Source of the DNA: Geosiphon pyriformis uo1
Taxonomy: Eukaryota; Fungi; Glomeromycota
Direction: 5' to 3'
NCBI GenBank assembly: GCA_016748015.1
Contig: JAAOMT010000129.1
Location: 558,001 to 622,000 of the forward strand
Length of the DNA: 64,000 bases
Shown: positions 29,247-40,446 of the stretch, piece after piece
Position numbering within the stretch: position 1 is the first letter of the stretch
How the letters are laid out: each line of letters opens with the position of its first letter
Translations under genes and position numbers: made by a program
The notes under the pieces: generated by a model
What the model was told of the DNA's origin: nothing
Database searches by the model: none
What the model saw: the letters and a program-made list of their open reading frames with translations, nothing else

Positions 29247-31033
29247 TAGAAAGACAGAGTAACAGGAACCAAACCAGCATTGTCCAACTTGGCTGCAAGG
29301 CCCATGACTATAATTGAGAGATTGCTTAAAGTGTCCTCCATCTTTTTCATAACTAAAGAATCAAAAATTACTGCTTCCGCAACAGTCTTACCACTAGTGA
29401 CCACACCCAAACTCTCACTTATTATTATATCCACCTCTTGATTCTGTGATGAAGGGGTCACCAATAGCTGACATCCAGGGCTAAGCTGAGAAACCATTGG
29501 CTCAGGTGTTTCCAACCTCTTAGCCAGCATGTCAATACACTCTGCAAGACTGGCAAAACTGTGTTCAAGAGTGGCAAACCTATTACTGATTTCATTCGCA
29601 ACCAATAGAAATGGCTTCATTTCCAAAGAGGAGCCAACATTTGCTGAAACAACTTGGCCAGAGGGAGAGAGAAAAGAAGACTCACTTGCAACTTTTGCCC
29701 AAGAAAGACCACCAAAAAAAATGAAACAGGCAACCAGAGCAAAACATTTGGCATATATTGCAGCCAGTCTGCTTTTATCTGCATCCAAAAGCACCCTACG
29801 GAAAGAACTACCAGAAGAAATCTTTCCACCATCACCACAGTTCAATAACATGTAACTTGACTTCTCACACTTGGTGCATCTGGCAGAAACAAGACTAGAT
29901 CAATGTAAGTTAGTGCTCCTGAGTATTGGCATGGTTCTCATGGCAGCATCTATTGACTCAGCAGAATTAAAGCACACAACAGCACACCTGATCTGAACAT
30001 ATGTAACTGGATAGTAATTGATAATGCAAGTTTTTTCACCCACAGATCAAACAAAGTCCCAAATATCATGAGCATTAATTCCCACTGGTAATATATAGAG
30101 CAGTGCTCTATGATAATCCCTATTATCCCACATTTTTTTGTCTAGATCAGCCCTAACAACATGCATGGCATTCTTCCCAATTAGGATAAACCACTTGGCT
30201 GTGACCAAATTAGCCTAATCTGATTGCTCAAATTCTACCACAGCCTTTTGCCACAGCTCCACCAATTGCATTTTGATCGACTTAATTATTCCAAATTCGG
30301 ATAGTGCAGCACACACAGCCTCAGCCAATGTTCCAACTGAAATTTCTTTCACCACCACAGCCTGATCTAAATGACCAGTAGATTTCTTGAGATCGGTGTT
30401 TACTAAAATATCCACTGCTCTTGCCTTTTCTATAGCCTGCACCAAGCTAGCTTCAGAGATGAAAGAAGCATGGATGATCCCAGAAAATTTTGAGGAGGTA
30501 GAGGCCTCCCCAAAACTATTGACTTTTGAAAACAATCTTCTAACTACCATAAGCTTCTCTTGAGAAGATTTCCCAACCACTTTATCCAAACTGATGTCCA
30601 AAGCAAAAAACTTTCTAACAAAAACAGGAATCAAATTCTTCAAGGAAGAGAGAAGTACTAAAAGAACATCTAAGAGAATATTATCACCAATACCAAGATT
30701 CAAGAAATCTATTTTTCCTAATGGCTTGCCCAAAGTTTTCTTAGTTTTGATGCCAGGTTCTTTAAGTGTTTGATCATGCTCTTCATTAATGATAGTGCCA
30801 CTTTTTTCATAGTCAAAGCTAGTTTCTTCTACTAGACACTTCTCTTCCATATTGATACTTTCAGACTCAATAGTGTTACTAGTCTCAGAACCCCAAGAAT
30901 GACCACCAGATACCTTAGTCAGAGCTCCTTTGCCACCAACATTTTCTTCTAGAGCAACATCTTTTCTCTTCTTCTTTGACAATACAGACTTGAAACTACC
31001 ACCAGAACCAGACTTTTCAGCAATCTTTTTCAT
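29246..31033 (-). pseudogene. LINE ORF1 (gag-like, RRM-like region, coiled coil), with in-frame stops
   Basis: ORF pieces 30215-31033 (AVVVKEI...LSEFGIIKSIKM...AVVEF) and 29246-29851 lie directly upstream of ORF2. Confidence 0.8.
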
Positions 31034-31699
31034 GATGGTAATACTAAGACCAACAGTGGCCTTGAAATCAAAAAACAGTTTGGTTTTATTGTACTAAATA
31101 ATGAAAAAACTTCTTTTCAAAAAACTTTTGACTCTTTCTGAGAATTTGGGATAAATAAGAGAAAAAAGTTTCCTAAAATATTGATTTGATTATTGTTTAC
31201 TAATTAAATTAAAAAAAAAGCACTAAGATTATAACATCAAAAATTACTTAGTAAAAAATGTAAAAAAAAACATAATAAATAATTAAAAAACTAAGATTGT
31301 TTATTAAAAAAATAAAAAATATCAAAATAAATTAGTTATTATATTAAAAAAATTAAATATTAAGTATTATTTGCTATTATTATTAAATTTCTGTCTATTA
31401 TACAAAAACTTAACTATTATAATCTTTAAATATTTAAAATTTTTAAATTATAATTAAAAATAAAAACATTAACTTATAGAATAATAAGTATTAACTAATT
31501 ATTTATAATATTAACTATTTTTAAATATATAAAGAATATTATTATTTAATAAAAGTTATATTATTTACAATATATTAAAATATGTATTTTATAAAATAGT
31601 ATTAGATTATTTTATTATAAACAATAATATAATTTTGAATTTAAATAATATTAAATTTAATATAAATAATATTATAAAAAATTAAATTAAAAAATAATA

Positions 31700-32800
31700 A
31701 TATTTGTTATAATTCTAAATATTAGTTTTATTAATATTTACTTCTAATTTTTGTTAATAATAATATGTTTTTTAGTGTAATAATTAAAGTTAGTTTTAAT
31801 AAGTTGTTTATTATAATTAAAAAATTGTTAATTTGTTAAATATTTTAAATAAATTATAATAATTATGTTTTAAAAATACTTTTGGTCTTATTGAATTTGT
31901 GTTTATTAAGTAAATTTATTTTTAAATTATAAATTAAGATATAAGTTTTTATGATTTTTATATCATATAAATAAAAAAATTTTTTAATAAATAAATATTT
32001 ATTTATTTATTTTAAAATTATTAAAATAATTTTTGAAAATTTTGTCTATAACAAATTTAATGTTTTTTATAAAAATAATTTCTTAGTTTTAAAGTATATT
32101 TTAACTAAGTTTTTAGTTTTGTAATAATAAAAAATATATTAAAAAAAATAAAATTCTAATTAGTATTATAAAACATAAAAAAAACTTATAATTCTGTTAA
32201 TTAACATTATTTACAAAAAAATATAATTAAAATTAAAATATATAAAAAGTTTATTAAAATTTTGAACACATTTATAATAATTATATTAACAAAATAATAA
32301 CAAATTTTAGGTTAATTAATAGCTATATAATATATAATAATTTGAATTAAAATAATAATTTTTTTGTTTTTTAAAAGATTTTTTATAATTTTTTTTTGTA
32401 TAAAGTTAAAAGACATAAGTATTTATATAATTATAGAATTGATTTTAAATATGTTGTCAAAATTAATAAGATTAAAATAATAATTGGTTTAATATTTTAT
32501 TTTACTGTTAAAATTTTTATTAATAATATTATTTAGATTAAGAATAATAAAGCTATTATTTAACATATTATAAATATTGTAAATAAGTTTTTTATAATTA
32601 ATAATATTTTTATTAATGATAACAAAACTGTGATTATTTTTATTAATTAGAAAACTAAAGATATCTTTTTTTATATTAGTAATTTATTAATCTTAATTAT
32701 AAATCAAAAAAAATTTACAGATATTTTGATATTTTTTACAAACACTTTTTTATCTCTAATCTGAAAAAATTTTATTTAAATATTAAATTTTTTGCGATAT
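31700..32800 (+). mobile_element. Extremely decayed LINE RT relic
   Basis: Plus strand KTYNSVN (=KAYDSVG, ~32182), IITNFRLINSY (=VMTDFGLTDGY, ~32295), IFINNII* (=AFVDDTIW, ~32515) and NNIFINDNKTV (~32600) occur in the correct order. Confidence 0.6.
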
Positions 32801-33464
32801 AGTATTGAAAAAAACCATTTTAAACAAACAGTTTTTTTATTTAATTTTAATAGTTTTTCAACTTATTATAAGTTTTTTTTAAATATTATTTAGTATATAT
32901 AAACAGATTAAATATTTATAACTAAGTATAAATTATATATTTATTATATTTAAACAGTTATTTAAACTAGTTAAAATTACATTAAATTCTTATTACTATG
33001 CTAATTTTATTGCTTAAATCTGAAAAAAAAACTTCTTATAAAAACCAAAACTAATTGAAAAATTTTTATTAATTTTCAAAATACAAATAATATTATCAAT
33101 TAATTTAATATATAGTTTTTTCAAATTATACAAAATTAAATTATTAAAATTAATTAAATTATTTTTTTATTACTATTTTATATTTAGTGTATATAATTAA
33201 AAAAATTTTTTTGTGGCTAAAAATCATATAATAAACTACAAAAATCAACTATATAAATACCAACTTAGAATTTTTAAAAGTAGCAATAGCTTTAATATAT
33301 TAATTTTTAAGTATAAAGTTTTTACAGAACAATATATACAAAGTACTATTAAACAAATAAAAACAAAAAAATAGATAATATAAGTTTAATATTAACAAAT
33401 AATTTTTATATATTTACTAAGTTTAATAGCAATTTTATTTTTATATCTGTATTTAATATATATT

Positions 33465-34357
33465 TTTTTATTATTAATATTTAACGAGTAAAGTCCAAAC
33501 ACTACTTAGAACTATACATCAAAAAAATGATCTAAACTAAGTGCGAATCATGCACTTTCTACACGTGACCAGCCACTCAAACCAGTCAGGACAACACTAC
33601 ACAATTATATTAACAAAAACCGGGGGTCACCAATACCTGAAAAAAAAGAACAAGATTTGTGAAAGCCAAAACAGACACCAAAAGCTTTAGCAATATTAAG
33701 CAATTTAACCACACCATCTGAAAACCTCAAAACCAAACCAGAAACTGAGATGGGAATCGAGTCATTCACTGGGATCAGACCATTTTTTTCCATATATGCG
33801 CAATACTTGGCATGAACCAACCAAATGTTATTCCTGAAAGCAACACAAAGAGAGCACACAAAATCAGCAATCTTAACACCAGCAACTTTGGGATTATAGA
33901 AAACAGAAACAGCCTCCTGAAATCATCTTTTGAAAACAAAACTCTTGTAAAGAGCCAAGGGAACCAAGAAGTTTAAAGCACAGATTAACAGCAGCTGCAA
34001 TACACTTGAAGAAGAAAGGGATAGACCAAAAAGCATTTTCTAAGAAGACATACAGGATTCCAAAACCTGACGATGAGCTGAATTATCAATTACACAAGAA
34101 AATACATGATCAAACACCTCCACCTTACCACAATACAAACACAGAACACTAGGGTAACATCTATCATAAACGCACTTTCGAACAGCCATGGGAAGCTGAT
34201 GGTACAAAGCTTTTATAAAATAAGTACAAATGTTGGCAGTGCACCTGCTGGTAAAATCTGTTGCCATATACGAATCGAGATGCCAAACTCTAGAAAAACC
34301 AGGCCAATCAACATCCAAGTGCAAATCTCCAGGTAGAAACCCAGAACCAGAACCAAC
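33465..34357 (-). mobile_element. 5'-truncated LINE copy (ORF2 C-terminus plus 3'UTR) of a sister family
   Basis: VWHLDSYM...YFIKALYHQLPMAVRK...CLYCGKVEVFDHVFSC, homologous to 24869-25250; shares the 3'UTR motif and A-rich tail. Confidence 0.88.
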
Positions 34358-34399
34358 ATATATATATAAAAGCATAATTAAAAAGTTTTATATTATTAT

Positions 34400-37300
34400 A
34401 ATAAAAACATATAATTTTAAGATATTTTTTGTTATATAATTTTTTTTTAAAAGTTTTTTGTATAATGTTTTTATTATATAAATTTACAAATTTAAAATAA
34501 GCTTATTAATAAAATCTAATTAATATTATATATTAAGTAAAAAAAATTATATTAGCTTTTAAGCCAACTTTTTAATAAGTTTAACTAATTAAACAGTAAA
34601 TATTTAAAACAAAATACAACTTATTATTAAACACAATTATATTATTTGCTTTAATACATCTTTTATTAACAATACATAAAAAAAACAAGAATAAATAAAT
34701 AGTATTATCTGTTATTTAATCTGTAATATTATTGTTTACAATTTTTAAATGTTTTTTAATCTTTAACTAATTAATTAAAATGTTTTTTTTTATTAATACA
34801 ATTAAAAATCCAATGTTTTTTTATTTAACAACGATTATAAAAGTTTAAAAAACATGTATATAACTTGTTATTACAAGAATTCAAAACAGTTTAACTATTA
34901 AAAACAATCTTTACTGTGTTAAAAAGAAACACCTATTTTAATATTGATCAAATAACTTATAATTTTGCCAATATAAATAAAACAAAACTTTTAATCTTAA
35001 TATTAATACTAAAATTCAAATTATTAAAATAGATTACAATTTTATATATTGTATTACAAAACCAAAACTTTGTAAAAAATTATTAATAAAAACTTTTATT
35101 ACTAGAAAATTAAAGCTTAATAAATTATTTTTTATTTTTAAAAACTTTAATAAAGCAAAAAAATTATAGCAAAAAATAAGACTAAGTAAATTTAGAACCA
35201 AAACACTATTATTATTAAATACATAACAAATAATAACTATAAATTAATAAAATACTAAGTTTTTAAGATCTAGTTATATTTAATATTAAAAAGTTTTTCA
35301 ATTAAAAATCAAATTATATTTACTAATAAATTAATTAATAAAAGCCATCTTAAATTTTTTTAAAAAGTTTACTATTTTATAATATAATTTAATATTAAAA
35401 TATCTAATATTAATACTTTATTTATATAATAAAAAATTATTAACAAAGAGTTAACCAATAAAAGTCTGTAATTTAGAAAAATTTTAATTATATTAATAAA
35501 AAAATTATTAATTAACCTAATTTTTAATTTAACAAAATAACTTAAAAAGTTTTTAAGAGCCTAACTAGCCACTTGTATATTAAAAAAAATCAACAATAAA
35601 GTCATTTTGCTCTTGGTTTAAACTTGAATAAAAAATTCAAACTTATATAAAAAAAATGCTGTAAAGTATTATTTAAAAAGATTTTAATCAGATTAGTCTT
35701 GAATTTTAAATTACATTAAATCAAAACATTTTATTTTTAATAAATATTCTTAATAAACTGTATTTAATAATTAATAATTAGATATAATGTATCTAAAATT
35801 AAATATAAAAACTGTTAATTAAATATTATTTTTTTAGAATTATATTAACAAAAAACAAATATTAAAGTATATCTTAAATAAATTAGAATTGAAAAAGTTT
35901 TTTGTAAATAAAAATATACCAAGATACTTATAATGCTTATTTTTTTGATTATAATAATTAGTAAATTATTAATAAACAAAAAAACACTTAAAATTTTTTT
36001 ATTAATAAAAATAGCAACAGGTTTTTTTATTTTAATAAAAATGTTTATTAATATTAAAGAATTTATTAATTATATTAAGTATGTATTAAGTTGTAGTATG
36101 ACAATTATTTATTTAAATATTATTATTTACAAAAATATTAAAAGCAAAATATAAAGTAAAATTAATTTAATCTTTTACTTAGTTTATATTAGCTATGTAT
36201 TTAGAGTTAATATAATAACCAAAAATTATTTAAGTTTTTTAATCTTATACAAAAGTAAATTATAAAAAATATGCCAAAAAAGTAAAAAAAAATTTTATTC
36301 TAATTTAAGCTATTATATATTTTGTAATTATCTGATAATCTAAAATTAATTATAATATAATTAATATGATTCTTATAAATTCTATCAAAAAAACCAATAA
36401 ATTTTTTATAAATTTTTATTTTTTTTAAACTGGCCTAAAAATAATATTAATTAACTAATCAAAGTTTTATGTCTATTTTAAAGAACCAATTATAATTTAT
36501 GGTCTTTTTATAAAATATTTTTTATAATAATATTTACATTAAAAAAAATGTAAATATGTTTTTTAAAACTAAAAAATTATTTTTGCTGTTATTAAAGATT
36601 TTTTTACTTTTTTTTTAATGTTTTAAATATTATTTTGCTGTTAATTTTACTGTTAATAAAAGTTAATAAATCTTTAATAAGTTAATTTATCTTCTAAAGT
36701 ATATTTTTATACTTTAAATTATATATGTTATTAAATTTATAATAAAATAACTAATTTTATAGTAAAAATTAATTCTTTTATAATAATTATTTATTTATAA
36801 GCTTTCCAATAATATATAGTTATTTTGCTATAAAAATCAACTTTTTTACAAAAAATCTTAATTATAGACTACTTAATAAAAATATAAAAATATAAAAAAA
36901 ATGTAAAAAATGAAAAATGTATTTTAAGAAAATTATTTTAGATTTAAACTTAAAAATTTTAATAATTATTAAAATTAGTAACTAATTTATTTTAAAATAT
37001 TAGTTTTAAATGCATAAATTTAAAGCAGTAATAATTTAAGATTTTTGAATTTTTAAAATAATTTTTATTAAATTAATTTATAATAACAAATTATTATTTT
37101 TAATAAACCTATTTTTAACTAAAATATATTTTTTTAAAGAAAAAAGCTTTTTTTTATACAACTTGTTATAATACTATTTTATAATTTAGCTTTTTTTTCT
37201 AATATTTTAATATATTTTATTAAACTATAAGTTATTTTTGCAAATTATTAATTATTTTAGTAAATTGTTTAATATTTTATTAAATTCTCAATATTTTAGT

Positions 37301-38200
37301 AAATTATTGAATGTTATATAATTTAGTATATTAAATAATTTAATTATTACAATTTAGTTATATTTGTTTTATACAAATTAGATTATTAATTAAATAATAA
37401 GATGAATAATTTAATATAATAATATGTAATAATTTAAAATAATAATATATGCTAATTAATAATAAGAATTATAAAAATAATTTTATGTTCAAATTTTTGT
37501 TAATAATATTATACAAAATATTAAACTTATTATAAATAAATAAAATATAATCTAACAATATTTTAAAAAAATTTTGCAAATAATTCTATATATATAATTA
37601 AATATGTGTTAATAAAGATCTTATTTATTTATAAAATTTGAAAATTATAAAGACTAAAGCTTTTTTTTATTGAATAAAAACCAATTATAAGACAAAACAT
37701 AAATTTAATAACTGTAAAAACAAACAAATAATATACTTATTATAATATTTCTATAATTTATTAGTAATTTTAAAAAAATCTGCTATCTTATTATTTAACA
37801 AATTATTAATAGTACTTAAGAATTCATTTAAATTTATTTAGTTTATAATCTTACCAAAAATACTATTATTAATACAAACAAATAAAACATATTGTTTTTG
37901 CCAAAAAACAGAAACAATATTAAATATAATATATATTCTAATCCAGTTTTTTATTATTAAATCTACAAATATTTTAACATTTATAAAATTTATTACAAGT
38001 TTATTATTGATTATTAAATAGTTCAAAACTATTTTATAAAAGAAATAATTTAATATACTTTAAATTATTTAATTACTTTTATCTAAAAAATTATTTATTT
38101 ATTTTTTAATAAGAGTATTAATTTTTTTAAACTTAATTTTATAAGACTTAAAATACATCTATACTTTTTCTTATAAGTTATTATATAATTTAGTTTTATT
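34400..38200 (-). mobile_element. Extremely decayed LINE ORF2 relic containing solo LTR C3
   Basis: 37838-38035 reads KIVLNYLIINNKLV...VDLIIKNW...WQKQY, matching KVVFDHLIVDDELI...VDMIIEGW...WADQY of the younger LINE. QVAS*AL at ~35560. Confidence 0.6.
36587..37508. mobile_element. Solo LTR family C, copy 3 (922 bp, same orientation as copy 2)
   Basis: Starts TGTTATTA, collinear with 22422-23398; flanks TTGC/TTAT are a TSD with two transitions. Confidence 0.72.
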
Positions 38201-39549
38201 CTTAAAAATATTTATAATAAATAAAATATACTTATTAAAAAAAAAAATTTAAAACTGATCTATTCAGAAATTTTTTAGTTAAAATAATATATTATTCTTT
38301 ATATAATTTAAAATTTTTTAAATAAGTTCAAATTTAAAAAAAATTTGTATTAATAATTATATTTTTAATTTTTGTAGTATTTTAAATTATTTATTTAATT
38401 ATTATTCTTTAAATTTACAAGTTTTAAGTTAAAAATCCAAGAATTTTTTACAATATTCTGTTAAATTAAATGTTAATTTTTTTAAAAATTTTATAGGTGA
38501 AATTATCAAGATATTTTCAAAATATAATTTATTTTTTATAATAATTTGCTTAAGATTTTTTATTTTGTTAAAAATATTTTATGTTTAATGTTTTAAATAA
38601 TACTGTTTATTTTAAGATATTTTAATCTTTGAAAAAATTTGGTGTTATTTTTATTAATTAATTATTAAGCAAAAAATAATAATATTTTAATTAAAAAGTT
38701 TATTGTTATTAAAAAAAATTAAATCTAAAAGATTTTATATTAATATAATTTGGTTTTATTGTTATATTTATTAATGTTAATTATTTTTTGAAACTGTTTT
38801 TTTATTTTGTTTGTTTTTATTTATTTAATATTTATTATTTAAATAAATTTTTGATAGTTTATTTGAATTTATATAATTTTTAATTAGACAATTTTTTTGT
38901 ATTTATTAATAAATATATAAAAAATTTTGGTTTATTTAATATAATTTATAATATTTTGAGTTATTTTAAAAATTTAAATTTGAGTATTAATATAAAAATG
39001 TGTTTTATATTTTTTTTAACTATAATTAAACTGTAAATTATTATTATTATTTTGAATTATATTTTTTATTTAGATAAAATAATTAATTTTAAATATATAT
39101 ATTATTAAATTAAATTTATTATTATTAAATTTTAAAAACAATTGTTAATTAAAAAAAACAAATAATAAATATTATAAAAAAAAGTTACTAATTATTTAAT
39201 TAAAAATTAAAAAAAAAATTTAAATTTTTAATAATAAATAAATTAATAAAATTCTTAATTATACATATTTTTTGTTTATAAAGTTTTTGTTTATATTAAT
39301 AAAAAAGTTTTTATGACTAATAACAATATAATATTTATTAATATTTATTATTTTGTTGTAATATATACAAAACTATTTGTTAAGTTTATTAAAAAGTTAA
39401 ATTTAATATTAATATACTAATATTAAATTTAAGAATATTAATTGGTTATATATTTTACTTATTTAATATTTTAATATATATATGATTTTAAATTTTACAA
39501 ATAAATTTTTAACTAATTTGCATATTTATATTATAAAAATAATATACAG

Positions 39550-40426
39550 TGTTACTCATAGAAATATAAAAAATATATTAGCATAATTATTAGCCAATCA
39601 GAAGAAAGTGTAATAAATGTGGAATTCCAGGATTTCTCTCAGGAATTGCAGAATTTCAGGAATTTCAGGATTCCCAACGAGGAATTGCAGGATTCCAGAA
39701 TTCCAGGATTCTTCTTAAAGGAATTGCAGAATTCCAGGAATTCCAGGATTCCTGTCATAAAGAATTGAGGAATTAAGAAATCTCAATTATGTATATATAG
39801 CAGTAGTGTTAGAAACAGAAAAGACAGAATCGATATCACAGAATCCTTAACCTAAAAACACAATCATCAAATAAATAATTATTTCATATCTCAAATCCAC
39901 TCCCCACTATCAACCCTTCATGTTGATAGTAATTGATACTTAACCATGCTGGAACAATAGCTCTTGATCACAGTTATTGACGGAATACTAATCTGCAAAT
40001 TGCCTTGGCTTATTTCTTTGCTTTTTTTATTTTTTTTTTATTTTTTATTTTTTTATTTTATTTTGATTTGTTGTTATATATACTAATTAATAAAAGATTA
40101 AGCACTGAGTTATTGACATCAAAGATAGCCTGGTAAAAGACCCAAAAATATGGGTAGAATTTTATATATTATCAGATAGCTTACCAGAAAGGCACGACTG
40201 CCAGAATAAATCCGGCCACCAAGCTGAGAAAGAAATTGGGCATAATTGCAATTCCAGGAAAACTACTACCATCACCACTGAATATCTGTCTATTATACAA
40301 AGAACTTCACAACAAAACCTTCAGATCAACCAATACCTTCAGATATTACCAACCACATTATAGCAATTAAGCACCAAATTACGGGTTTGTTATTCAATTC
40401 AACAACAGAAATAATCACCTGTAATA
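39550..40426 (+). repeat. 5' LTR of Gypsy B
   Basis: TGTTAC...GTAATA (terminal CA mutated to TA). GGAATT(C/G)CA/GGATTCCA array at ~39621-39752, TATA at ~39792. Confidence 0.95.
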
Positions 40427-40428
40427 TT

Positions 40429-40446
40429 TGGTGCTCCCTGTGAGGT
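40429..40446 (+). other. Primer binding site of Gypsy B
   Basis: TGGTGCTCCCTGTGAGGT, 2 nt after the LTR; identical to the PBS of Gypsy A. Confidence 0.9.

Larger units (their letters stand above)
24433..31200 (-). mobile_element. Near full-length LINE (non-LTR retrotransposon) with APE-RT-RNase H-CCHC ORF2
   Basis: Two ORFs, 3'UTR with conserved motif, and a (TAA)/A-rich tail at ~24433-24445. 5' boundary approximate; TSD not identified. Confidence 0.92.
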
